A stretch of DNA of 64,000 bases from Candidatus Woesearchaeota archaeon (GTDB taxonomy: Archaea; Nanobdellota; Nanobdellia; Woesearchaeales; GW2011-AR9), in assembly GCA_018302605.1 (NCBI GenBank), contig JAGVZN010000010.1, forward strand, positions 65,013 through 129,012, written 5' to 3'. A model generated the notes under the pieces. It saw only the letters and a program-made list of their open reading frames with translations, did no database searches and was not told where the DNA came from. A program made the translations under genes and the position numbers. Of this stretch, positions 19,433-28,792 are shown piece by piece. Every line of letters begins with the position of its first letter. Within the stretch, counting starts at the first letter, position 1.

Positions 19433-20455
19433 ATGTTTGCTGCTCACACCGAACTGCAGAACGCCCAAGCGGTCAAAGAATTTCTGGTCAAGAAGCGAGT
19501 GCTCCACCCTGATTTTCTCCCTTTGAAAGAGATGGGTTCTATCTATTTTCCGATCACCAAAAAAGTGGCCGTGTCTAAAGCCAAAGTTGTCCAGACCAAA
19601 ATGACTTTTCCGGCTAGGGTTAAACCCCAATCCATAGACGACTTTCTCAAGAATAAACTATCCAAAGAGGAATTAGCGCTCGTTCCACGTTCACAAGAAA
19701 TCGTCGGGCGCATTCTCATCTTAGAAATACCCACGGAATTGACCAGTAAGGAAAAGCTCATCGCCGAAGCCTATCTCAAAGTGCAGAAAAACATTGACAC
19801 GGTTGTCCGCAAAGAAGGAATTCATGGTGGTGAATTCCGCACGCGGACGGTGCGCATCCTTGCCGGAAAGAAAAGCAAAGAAACAGTGCATAAAGAAAAT
19901 GGAATAGAACTTAAGCTTCATCTGGAAAAAACCTATTTCTCGGCGCGTTCGGCAAGCGAACGTCTGCGCATTGCCCGCTCCATCAAGAAGGGGGAGGATG
20001 TTTTGGTGATGTTCTCCGGCGCTGCTCCTTATCCGTTAGTCTTTGCCAGAAACAGCGATGCCCACCAGATCTACGGCATTGAATTGAATCCCCTCGCGCA
20101 TGCTTATGCCCATGACAATATCCATCTCAACCGCTTAGAACATAAAATCACTCTTCACAATGGCAATGTTTTAACTATTCTACCTAAACTGAAACGCAAA
20201 TTTGACCGCATTGCCATGCCGCTTCCTAAAACTGGTGAAGATTTCCTGCCACTCGCTTTGTCTCGGATAAAACCAAAAGGAACGATCCATCTTTATTCTT
20301 TCCTGGATGAAAATGATTTTCCTGCTCATATCCGCAAGATCAAAGAGGTCGCCCGAAGCGTAAAGCGGCCCGTGCGTGTTCTGCGCAGCGTGAAGTGCGG
20401 GCAGTTCTCTCCGGGCGTATTCCGGGTTTGTTTTGATCTGAAAGCGGAGACGTGA
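19433..20455 (+). CDS. Trm5/Taw2-family (Met-10+ like) SAM-dependent tRNA methyltransferase
   Basis: VLVMFSGAAPYPLVFA, GIELNPLAHAYAHDNIHLN and DRIAMPLP motifs of Trm5/TYW2. Confidence 0.7.
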   Translation: MFAAHTELQNAQAVKEFLVKKRVLHPDFLPLKEMGSIYFPITKKVAVSKAKVVQTKMTFPARVKPQSIDDFLKNKLSKEELALVPRSQEIVGRILILEIPTELTSKEKLIAEAYLKVQKNIDTVVRKEGIHGGEFRTRTVRILAGKKSKETVHKENGIELKLHLEKTYFSARSASERLRIARSIKKGEDVLVMFSGAAPYPLVFARNSDAHQIYGIELNPLAHAYAHDNIHLNRLEHKITLHNGNVLTILPKLKRKFDRIAMPLPKTGEDFLPLALSRIKPKGTIHLYSFLDENDFPAHIRKIKEVARSVKRPVRVLRSVKCGQFSPGVFRVCFDLKAET

Positions 20456-22779
20456 GCATTATGCCTGCTCTGACTCCATTAGAACAGAGTATACGTAAAG
20501 AAGCGGCGTGGCTGTTGCGTGAAATCTCTACGCTCCAAGATTTTAAATCTGAGGTGGGAGATATTCTCCAGCTGAAAGAAAAAGTTGCAGGGTTAATAAA
20601 GTTAGCATCGGCCAAAAATGCCGCAGAAAGAGGAAAAAAGAATGAACAAATTCAACAAGAGATCAAAGATTTAAAGCGATTACACCGTTCTGCAGGTAAA
20701 GATGAACGGCGACGCATACGTTTCGAAAAACGTGTTCTAGGGAACATCAAATCTCTCCAGCAAAAGATTGACCAGCCGCGCCAGAAAGAGTTAAACGATC
20801 TTGTGAACAAAATTCATGTTTACTCTGGGCGAATTCTTTCGGAGATTTCATTAAAAGCCGGAAAGATAGCAAATCTCGTAAGAAATGAAGACTATGCTTC
20901 ATTGGAAAAGCATCTCGCCGCAATCACAGAAGCGGGCACCGCTCTTCTCGCGTTGTTAAAACATCTTGATGAAATGGTCCTTGCCATTGACTCTTCCCTC
21001 CAGAAGAAGCAATTAACACATGGTCTCCTTCCTTCTATCGGCAATTTTCAAGGTTACATCCGCGAGGGGATAATCAAGACCGCTCATCTGAAATCTGTTC
21101 TTCTACTGCAGATTCTTCTCGAGAAGAAGATGAAGAAATATCGGTCTTGGACTCCGCTAGGAGAAAAGGTTGCGGAAACCTACGGGAGAGCTTTGACAAA
21201 GAATAAAGAATATCTCTTGAAAATATTGACAGACGAAGACATTGAACAGCTGCGAAAGATCACGTTTCCCGTTCCCGCTGGAAGTGTTTTACTCTTTCTT
21301 CCAAAATTTTCTGTTCCTGTTCTGGCGTTTAATCTAGAGCATCTTCCGAGTTTTCATCAGCCAGGGTGGTTGTTTCATGCCCTGCCTGGCGAGAATCTTG
21401 CGCGAGTGAGCAAAACTAAGCTGCTCCAAGCGCCACTTGAAACAGTGATTGAGAAAAAGCATTTTTACAGCTGGAAATTCTGGGAAAACTCCGCCTATCC
21501 GCAAAGACTGATTGACGGGATTTCTCTTGTGTTTCAAGATTTTGTAAAATATCAAGATTATCTATCGGGACAAGAACGTAATCGAAAAAGAAGTGGAGGA
21601 AAAGTAGGAGGATTCTTTATCTTCCCAATACGGTCGGTTTTGGAACCAGGGTTAATTCTTGATTTCAATAAAACGATGGACGGTTTGCCCGAGGTTGATT
21701 TAAGAGATGTAACTTATCATCAATACAACCCCATGTTGGTAAGAGATTGTCTGGTTGCTCTGCGGGAAGAGATTCCGCGCTTGTTGAAAATCCTGGATGA
21801 AGCATGGCTGTTGTTTCAGGAAGCGAAACAAAATATCTCCCTGTTTCAAGAATTACATGAAGCAATCGGAAAAGATGTTTTTGTGATGATGGAGAAAAAT
21901 AAAGATGGCGTACTTTTTTTCTATTTACCTCGAATTATGGCCGATCCTAACCAGGAGATTTTCACCAAGAAAGGAGCATTTTATGAAAAGATCTGCGCAA
22001 CTTTCTCAGGTTTCAGCCGAAAAAATCTGGTGATGGCCATTGAAATTCTGACCAAAGATTACTTCTTTGAATTCTGGGTGTGGACCGCTTTTCATGTTCC
22101 TTTTGACCGGGAGAAGATCCTTCCCCCTCTCGCGCGTTTTGCTGTCAAAGACAAGCCATTCGGTCTTGATGATACTATCTTCAAATCAGGAATGGATTTT
22201 CTCAACGAAGAGAAATTAGGTGGTGACAAAGGGCCATTTTTTACGAGTGGTTGTATTATTCTTTCGATGATGAAACAAGAGCAGAAGAAGAGGATGTATC
22301 AAACCAAATATTCCACTCAAGACTATCTAGATGAGATCAACAAGCTTCAGCCTAAACAATTAAGGAAGATTTTAGAGCGAACAATGAATGAACTGATTCA
22401 TGCTTTGGACGTGATTGTTAAGAGAAGATATCGTTCGAGTAAACCTTGCGTGGTGGATATTAGTAAAGGTGTTCTTTTTCTCAATTCCGGCTTCTCGGAT
22501 GATGGTGTTTTAAAGAAGCTTGTTGCCGATGGGATCCCGATATTTAGCCAGTTTAGTTCAGATGGTAGAATCTTTTCAACTTCTCAGCTTGATTTCTTCT
22601 TTAGGGCGGTCTTGCCTCTCCGTAATTTCCCCCAGACATTAAAATCCTCGTTGTGGTACAGCCATCTATATCTTGATGAAAGAAACAGATTAACTCTTCA
22701 ACGCGATGATGAGATCTCCTATTCTTCTGAACTGAAAAGGTATGAAAGGATCAAGAGAAAACCGCTCACTTTAGATTAA
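20452..22779 (+). CDS. large hypothetical protein (775 aa) without recognisable domains
   Basis: Start overlaps the Trm5-like stop (GTGA at 20452-20455; ATG at 20461 is also possible). Coiled-coil-like N-terminal third. Confidence 0.55.
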   Translation: MSIMPALTPLEQSIRKEAAWLLREISTLQDFKSEVGDILQLKEKVAGLIKLASAKNAAERGKKNEQIQQEIKDLKRLHRSAGKDERRRIRFEKRVLGNIKSLQQKIDQPRQKELNDLVNKIHVYSGRILSEISLKAGKIANLVRNEDYASLEKHLAAITEAGTALLALLKHLDEMVLAIDSSLQKKQLTHGLLPSIGNFQGYIREGIIKTAHLKSVLLLQILLEKKMKKYRSWTPLGEKVAETYGRALTKNKEYLLKILTDEDIEQLRKITFPVPAGSVLLFLPKFSVPVLAFNLEHLPSFHQPGWLFHALPGENLARVSKTKLLQAPLETVIEKKHFYSWKFWENSAYPQRLIDGISLVFQDFVKYQDYLSGQERNRKRSGGKVGGFFIFPIRSVLEPGLILDFNKTMDGLPEVDLRDVTYHQYNPMLVRDCLVALREEIPRLLKILDEAWLLFQEAKQNISLFQELHEAIGKDVFVMMEKNKDGVLFFYLPRIMADPNQEIFTKKGAFYEKICATFSGFSRKNLVMAIEILTKDYFFEFWVWTAFHVPFDREKILPPLARFAVKDKPFGLDDTIFKSGMDFLNEEKLGGDKGPFFTSGCIILSMMKQEQKKRMYQTKYSTQDYLDEINKLQPKQLRKILERTMNELIHALDVIVKRRYRSSKPCVVDISKGVLFLNSGFSDDGVLKKLVADGIPIFSQFSSDGRIFSTSQLDFFFRAVLPLRNFPQTLKSSLWYSHLYLDERNRLTLQRDDEISYSSELKRYERIKRKPLTLD

Positions 22780-22835
22780 GAGTGATTGTTTGTGATTGAT
22801 CATAAAAGTCAAAAAAAAGAAATAAAAACAGGAAT

Positions 22836-23159
22836 TTACTCTTCCTTCTCTTCTTCGCTGTCGGAATCGTCGTCAGAATCGTCGCCGTCCTCGTCATCAC
22901 TTTGCTCGGCTGATTCTTCGCCATCCTGCGGTTCTGAAGATTGTTCGTCCGCGCGCTCGCTGCCTTTCTGCAGAAGCTGCACTTTCTCTGCTTTCAGTCC
23001 TCGATCGCCTTCTGCCGGTTCAAACGATACGCGATCGTTATCCCGCAGAAATACATTTTGCGGCAGGGCCGAAAAATGCACAAAGTAATCTTTCTCGTCA
23101 TCCCCGTGGATGAATCCAAATCCTTTCTTTCGGTTAAAAAACTTTACTGTTCCTTCCAT
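22836..23159 (-). CDS. csp: cold-shock-domain protein with polyacidic C-terminal tail
   Basis: GTVKFFNRKKGFGFIHGDDEKDYFVHFSAL (RNP1/RNP2-like CSD motifs), followed by ~45 residues rich in D/E/S. Confidence 0.75.
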   Translation of the reverse strand: MEGTVKFFNRKKGFGFIHGDDEKDYFVHFSALPQNVFLRDNDRVSFEPAEGDRGLKAEKVQLLQKGSERADEQSSEPQDGEESAEQSDDEDGDDSDDDSDSEEEKEE

Positions 23160-23365
23160 TTTTCTTATGCTCCGTGGTCTTTCATTGTCTAAGGCCGACC
23201 ACTCTGCCTTTTGAATGGAAATGGAGCGGTTATTTTATAAATGTATGCCCTCATTTAGTATTGAGGAGAAATCTCTCTTGATTGTGGAATGTGCAATGAC
23301 AGTAGTGAACACCAACTGACGCAAGGATGATGAACGGTAGTAACTTCTTAGCACACACAAAATTT

Positions 23366-24682
23366 TTACCCAAACAACTGTTCTTCATCATCTTCTTCTT
23401 CAAAGCGCACTTTCTCGACGGCATTCAAAAAATCGTCGTGCGTCACGTGATCACGAGCTTCACGGATGGCAAAAAACCCCGCTTCCGTACACAACGCCCT
23501 GATCTCCGCGCCGCTGAAATTTTCTGTCTTAGCCATGAGATCTTTGATATTTACACCTTTAAGGTTCATCTTGCTGCTGTGCACTTTGAAAATTTCTGTC
23601 CTTCCTTCGATATCGGGAAGCCCGACTTCGATCAATCTGTCCAACCGCCCCGGCCGGATGATTGCCGGGTCAAGAATATCGACTCTGTTTGTCGCGCCGA
23701 TTATCTTGACATCATCAAGGTGCTTAAACCCGTCCATCTCGGCGAGCAGCTGCATGAATGTTCGATTCACTTCCCTTTCGCCGGACGTCCCGGTGTCCAT
23801 GCGCGTTGCCGCCAAAGCATCAAGCTCATCGATAAAGACGATTGAGGGCGCTTTTGCTCTGGCCAAATCAAAGATCTCTTTGACGAGCTTTGCCCCTTCG
23901 CCGATGAATTTCTGGACAAGTTCTGATCCGACCACTTCAATAAATGTTGCATCCGTGCTTCGGGCAACAGCTTTGGCGAGCAGTGTCTTTCCCGTTCCGG
24001 GAGGCCCGTATAATAATACTCCTTTTGGCGGCTGGATTCCCACCTTTTCAAATAACCCTTTGTTCTTCAAGGGCAGTTCAATAACCTCTTTGATCTCCCG
24101 GATCTCATCTTTCAATCCGCCGATCTCTTTCCAATCCTCCTGCGGCTTTTCTACGATGACAAACTTTTCCACCTCAGAATTGCTGTTGATTGATAATTTT
24201 TCTACAATATTTAACGACTTCTGATCGACGAGGACGGAATCGCCGCTTCTGATGCCTTGGAGATCCCGGGCAATATAGCAGTAGAATTTGTTTCCATTGG
24301 GGAGTTTGATGATTGCCTTGCTTTGATCGAGAATGTTACATACTTCGGCGACCAGAAGCGCCGGTTTTTTCAGATTGCTCAGTTCCGCATTGGTATTATT
24401 AAACAATTCCCGCAGCATGGCGCTTTCCTCCTCCAAGCGGCTGAGGGTGTGGTTTAGAAACGTATTCTCCTGCTCCATCTTTTCCAATGTTTCTTGGAGC
24501 GGCTTGCCATCTTGCTCTGTTTCCGGGCGTCCCAGGAGATCAGAATAGATTATTTTCTTGCTTTCGTTCTTGGCCATGTGCTGATCAAGAGAAGAAAAGG
24601 GGGAGCAGTTTTTAAAGGTTACGACTCCGGAAGCGTTGAGTCTAAGTTGCTGCTGGATAGAACCTCTTTGAGGTATCCTCAT
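23366..24682 (-). CDS. pan: proteasome-activating nucleotidase (AAA+ ATPase)
   Basis: Coiled-coil N-terminus. GVLLYGPPGTGKTLLAKAVA Walker A, IVFIDELDA Walker B. AAA second region of homology. Confidence 0.9.
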   Translation of the reverse strand: MRIPQRGSIQQQLRLNASGVVTFKNCSPFSSLDQHMAKNESKKIIYSDLLGRPETEQDGKPLQETLEKMEQENTFLNHTLSRLEEESAMLRELFNNTNAELSNLKKPALLVAEVCNILDQSKAIIKLPNGNKFYCYIARDLQGIRSGDSVLVDQKSLNIVEKLSINSNSEVEKFVIVEKPQEDWKEIGGLKDEIREIKEVIELPLKNKGLFEKVGIQPPKGVLLYGPPGTGKTLLAKAVARSTDATFIEVVGSELVQKFIGEGAKLVKEIFDLARAKAPSIVFIDELDALAATRMDTGTSGEREVNRTFMQLLAEMDGFKHLDDVKIIGATNRVDILDPAIIRPGRLDRLIEVGLPDIEGRTEIFKVHSSKMNLKGVNIKDLMAKTENFSGAEIRALCTEAGFFAIREARDHVTHDDFLNAVEKVRFEEEDDEEQLFG

Positions 24683-24915
24683 TGAACATCATGCAGTTTA
24701 CGAATCATATCGAAATTACTTTGAATATCTCTGGAAGTCTGCATCTTCTTAAATCTCTTTCCCTCTTTTTTCATTTGCCCTTTTCTCTTCTCTATAATTT
24801 TTTCTTAATTTTAATATTCTTCTTTTTTTTCAAAAATAATCCCCCCAAAAAGAAAATGTTTAAATAAGATTAGAACTTACTTTAAAAAAGATATAACCAA
24901 AAAGAGGTGAATGTG

Positions 24916-25014
24916 ATGGCTAAGAAAAAAGCGACGAAGAAAAAAGCAGTAAAAAGAACCGTCAAAAGAAAAGCTGCCCCGAAGAAAAAAGCTGCAAAGA
25001 AAAAAAGAGCATAA
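24916..25014 (+). CDS. small lysine-rich protein (32 aa), MAKKK family
   Basis: MAKKKATKKKAVKRTVKRKAAPKKKAAKKKRA, preceded by AAGAGGTGA 6 nt upstream. Paralog-like ORFs at 44585 and 48055. Confidence 0.3.
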   Translation: MAKKKATKKKAVKRTVKRKAAPKKKAAKKKRA

Positions 25015-25040
25015 GTTTTTTTCTTTTTTTTCTTATTTTC

Positions 25041-25088
25041 GTATTTGTTTAGCTTTTCTGGCAGGTCGTGTATTCGAATGGAAATATT
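25041..25088 (+). repeat. conserved ~47-nt intergenic motif, copy 2
   Basis: CGTATTTGTTTAGCTTTTCTGGCAGGTCGTGTATTCGAATGGAAATATTT. Confidence 0.6.
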
Positions 25089-27058
25089 TACGAAAAGAAA
25101 TAGAAAATCCCATTAAAGAACATTTTGATCTTTTCTCCCAAATTTCTGGCCTTTCCCGGCACAATCACCTGCTTTTCCAATGAATAGGTTGTTCCTTCTT
25201 CATCTTTCCATACGGCAGTAATGGTTATCTGATTGTTTTTCGTCAAAGGAAGGTTCTCCAGCAGAAATGGCAGTTCTATCTTTTGGGAAAGAACTTCTAT
25301 CTCCCAGTTATGCTCCAAACCGGGAAGTTCCAGCGTCAATAAGACGTTTCTTGGTGGCGAGAAAGATTTTTTATCCACGATGAGAGTCAGTGTTTCTGCT
25401 TGTCCAAAAGTCAACTCTGCCGGAGCATCGATCTCCACATTTAATTTTGGGGCGTCGATCACGGAATATTCAAATACGGCTTTCTTTTCTACTTCCTCAT
25501 TTTTTGCCGTAATCACCATTTTTTTCTGTCCGGCTTTTTCTCCCTCGAGGGTTATTTCTTTCTTTCTCTCTTGATTCAGCGGAAGATCAAATATCTCGCA
25601 GACATCTCCCAGACAGAATTCCAAGTTGTGGAGGTTGATCGTTCCGCGGTTGCGGAGTGAACAGGCGACCTTTCCCTGTTCTCCTAATTTTAAAGTGCGG
25701 GGGTAAGTGCAATCAAAAGTAATCTTGCGTGAATAGGTCTTTTCTTCATCAGCTACGACCAGCTTTTCAATCTCTTCCCTCGAATAGATCGTTCCTTCCT
25801 GCTGCATGCTGAAACTTCCTTCGGTAGTAATATTTTTTTCAGAATAGATCAGCACAGGGAAAGTATAGATATACGTTGATGGCAGATTTCCGGGTGTTTT
25901 AATCACCCATGATGTTTCACGCACCTCTTTAGGGGCGAGAAGGATTGTTCTCTTGTTTCTGCCGGACACTTCTATCTCCTGAGGAACTGCCAGCGTCAGC
26001 GTCGTCGCCGCATAATATTCTTCCGTGTTCTTGAGGACTCCTTTGATCAGATTATAGCTTCCTGGCCCGACATCTCCATCGAGGATCTCTTGTTCCAGCT
26101 GGATTTTTTCCGGGATGAATGAGCCTTTGTTTACGATGGAAAGATCAAAATTAAGCATTTCCGCTTTCAGATCGACATTTTTACCCAGCCATTCAAAGAG
26201 CGTGGCCGGTTCCGTCGGATCAAACCCATCCCTCAGCTTGATGTGCGTCACGTCAACGTAACCGTATTCGCCAAAAGTAATATCAAAACTGACCCAGCCA
26301 ATGTTGGGAAAATAAACTTCTGCCCAGCCATGCGGCTGCCAGGGTTCAGCAAAGAGCGGGGATGTGGTATGGCTGATTCCCGAGACAAAGCGCGCCGGGA
26401 TTCCCAAGGAGCGGGCCATGGCCACAAATAAAGAAGTCATCTCGTCACAGACGCCTTCCCGGTGTTCTAATACCCAGCTTGCAGGCAGCGCTGCCGTTTC
26501 TGTGATTGTATTCAAGTCGTAATTAACATTTTCTTCAACCCAGCTGGCCAATTTGAAAGAAACTTTGAACAGATCTTCTTCTCCTTCCGCCAGTTCTGTC
26601 GCTTTGGCAATAATCGTCGGATTGTCAGAATCGATCGTCTTTGTCGGCTGAAGATAATTCTCATAGCCTTGCACGTCCTGGTCGGTCAAAGGATAGGGAA
26701 TCTTTGTGGTGATCTCTACTTGCCGATTGTCCGTCTGGATCAAAGCCGTATATCCATAATTCTTCTCTTCTAAGCGTCCATCATCCCATTCAAAACCGAT
26801 AAATTTTCCATTGGGCAGGCCGTCGCTGTCTAGATTCGTTACTTTCTGGCGGAGATCATCGCGGGGAAACAACAGTAATTCTGCCGAAACTTCCTGCAGT
26901 GAAGTCGGCGTTCCGGTTGGTATAAGTTCAAATTTTCCATTGACATCCAGCTGAAGCAGCAGTGAATCCTGCTGGTAGAGGGTTTGGGCAGAGGTAAGAG
27001 TGATGGACAAGAAGAGAAAGATAATCCATCCTAGAATGAGAATGGTCGTTTTTTTCAT
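25088..27058 (-). CDS. secreted transglutaminase-like (Cys-protease-fold) domain protein
   Basis: Signal/TM MKKTTILILGWIIFLFL. The catalytic-core Cys sits in GVCDEMTSLFVAMARSLGIPARFVSG, with His in HGWAEVYF. Start set at the internal ATG at 27058. Confidence 0.65.
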   Translation of the reverse strand: MKKTTILILGWIIFLFLSITLTSAQTLYQQDSLLLQLDVNGKFELIPTGTPTSLQEVSAELLLFPRDDLRQKVTNLDSDGLPNGKFIGFEWDDGRLEEKNYGYTALIQTDNRQVEITTKIPYPLTDQDVQGYENYLQPTKTIDSDNPTIIAKATELAEGEEDLFKVSFKLASWVEENVNYDLNTITETAALPASWVLEHREGVCDEMTSLFVAMARSLGIPARFVSGISHTTSPLFAEPWQPHGWAEVYFPNIGWVSFDITFGEYGYVDVTHIKLRDGFDPTEPATLFEWLGKNVDLKAEMLNFDLSIVNKGSFIPEKIQLEQEILDGDVGPGSYNLIKGVLKNTEEYYAATTLTLAVPQEIEVSGRNKRTILLAPKEVRETSWVIKTPGNLPSTYIYTFPVLIYSEKNITTEGSFSMQQEGTIYSREEIEKLVVADEEKTYSRKITFDCTYPRTLKLGEQGKVACSLRNRGTINLHNLEFCLGDVCEIFDLPLNQERKKEITLEGEKAGQKKMVITAKNEEVEKKAVFEYSVIDAPKLNVEIDAPAELTFGQAETLTLIVDKKSFSPPRNVLLTLELPGLEHNWEIEVLSQKIELPFLLENLPLTKNNQITITAVWKDEEGTTYSLEKQVIVPGKARNLGEKIKMFFNGIFYFFS

Positions 27059-27534
27059 TTTCTCTTCAATTTGGATACTATACCTTTGACATCTCCAGAA
27101 ATCATAATCCACTCCTTGTTTTGAACAAAACCCTGAGATAAATACCAACTTAGGGGAAATTTTGTTTTTTTGAAGGTATAGGCATCAAAACTGATTACAT
27201 TATATTTTTGTAATGCTTTCTCATATAACGCAACGGAAAGTTTTGTCGCAATACCTTTCTTTTGGTAATCAGGATGAACAAAAATTTCCCCATCAGAAAG
27301 GTGATTCCCATCCCACCAGGGTTTTATTCCCGCAATAAATGCGCCAACGACTTTTCCATTAAATTCTGCGACAAATGCTAAATCCGGTTGTTTATCAAAC
27401 CAATAAGACAATAATCTTTTGGCGCTTTCACTCGTCCATCTTTCTTCGATATCAAATTTTTGATAAACAATACTATAAATCTCAGCAAGTTGTCGCAAAT
27501 CTTCTTTTTGCATTAGTCTTATTCTGAAATCCAT
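27055..27534 (-). CDS. GNAT-family N-acetyltransferase
   Basis: 159 aa with a VHPDYQKKGIATKL acetyl-CoA-binding motif. Confidence 0.7.
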   Translation of the reverse strand: MDFRIRLMQKEDLRQLAEIYSIVYQKFDIEERWTSESAKRLLSYWFDKQPDLAFVAEFNGKVVGAFIAGIKPWWDGNHLSDGEIFVHPDYQKKGIATKLSVALYEKALQKYNVISFDAYTFKKTKFPLSWYLSQGFVQNKEWIMISGDVKGIVSKLKRK

Positions 27535-27641
27535 AATTTTTGTATATTATATTAGTTTAATAATCTTTGGTCGGAATGGTTAGATGTTGACTTCTGATCG
27601 TTCACAATAAACCTTATAAAACCAGCTTCTCTTTCCCAATC

Positions 27642-28253
27642 ATGCACAAAGCCATCGCCTTGCTCTCGGGAGGTATCGATTCCCCCGTAGCGATCCATCT
27701 TTTGAAAGACCGGTTGACGATCATTCCCGTCCATTTCCATCAGATGCCGCTGACCGATGATCGGGAAATTCAAAAATCGAAAGAATTAGCCAAAGCCCTT
27801 CAGTTGGAAAAGATCTATCTTGTCCCCTTTGCGCCGGTACTCAAAGCTTTGGTTGAGCATTTCCCCCACAAAAATTATTATATCCTCTCCAAAATCGCCA
27901 TGCTCAACGCGGCGGAGCTGCTGGCCGAAAAAGAAGATGCGGAATATCTGATCACGGGGGAGAATCTTGCCCAAGTCTCATCACAGACGTTAAGCAACCT
28001 GACCACGATCACCAAGAATGTCTCTCTGGAAATTCTCCGGCCAGTCTTGACTTTTGACAAGCAGGAAATCATCGATCTCGCCAAGAAAATTGGCACGTAT
28101 GACATTTCCAAAGGCCCGGAGATGTGCAGTCTGCTCGGGCCAAAATACCCGGCCACAAAATCAAATCCAGCTGAGATTGCTCGAGAACTGGCTGCTTTTG
28201 ATCTTCTGTCCCTGCTGAAGAAAAGTATTGAGGACGCGGAAATTGCGCGCTGA
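27642..28253 (+). CDS. ThiI-like PP-loop ATPase (tRNA sulfurtransferase family), lacking a THUMP domain
   Basis: LSGGIDSPVA PP-loop and ITGENLAQVSSQTLSNL, both ThiI signatures. Only 203 aa. Confidence 0.6.
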   Translation: MHKAIALLSGGIDSPVAIHLLKDRLTIIPVHFHQMPLTDDREIQKSKELAKALQLEKIYLVPFAPVLKALVEHFPHKNYYILSKIAMLNAAELLAEKEDAEYLITGENLAQVSSQTLSNLTTITKNVSLEILRPVLTFDKQEIIDLAKKIGTYDISKGPEMCSLLGPKYPATKSNPAEIARELAAFDLLSLLKKSIEDAEIAR

Positions 28254-28330
28254 TCTTTTCTAACGCCTCTCCGTACATAATTTATATACGTACATAATTT
28301 ATATAAATAGTCTCTTTCTCTTTCGTCTCC

Positions 28331-28792
28331 ATGACTTTCCTCATTACCGGAAATGAATCAGAATTTGTCGTCCGGCTCCTTCTCTGCCTCGCCGCCGGCG
28401 TCGCCATCGGCATCGAACGTGAATACCGTGGCAAGAGCGCCGGGATCAGCACGCATTCGTTTGTTATCGCCGGGGCGATGCTCTTTAGCTATCTTTCCCT
28501 GGTCTTTGACCCGCTCAGTCCGGCGCGGATTGCGGCGCAAGTCGTGACCGGCGTCGGTTTCCTCGGCGCCGGGATCATCCTGCGCGGCAATGATGGAAAA
28601 GTCAAGAACTTAACCACCGCCGCCAGTATCTGGTTCTCTGCGGCTCTGGGCATGACTATTGGTTTTGGTTGGTATCTGATTGCCCTGCTCTCTATCGCCT
28701 ATGCGGTGCTTATTCCATTTATTCCTCAAATCAAACAGCGGAAGAAAGATTTAAATAATGGTGAGAAGAGCAATGAAGAGAATGGAAACTGA
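28331..28792 (+). CDS. MgtC/SapB-family membrane protein
   Basis: LAAGVAIGIEREYRGKSAGISTH...GVGFLGAGIILR, typical of the MgtC family. Confidence 0.7.
   Translation: MTFLITGNESEFVVRLLLCLAAGVAIGIEREYRGKSAGISTHSFVIAGAMLFSYLSLVFDPLSPARIAAQVVTGVGFLGAGIILRGNDGKVKNLTTAASIWFSAALGMTIGFGWYLIALLSIAYAVLIPFIPQIKQRKKDLNNGEKSNEENGN

Noticed and set aside
23466-24224. 252-aa plus-strand ORF
   Set aside because: Antisense to the PAN AAA+ ATPase gene, which has unambiguous Walker motifs.
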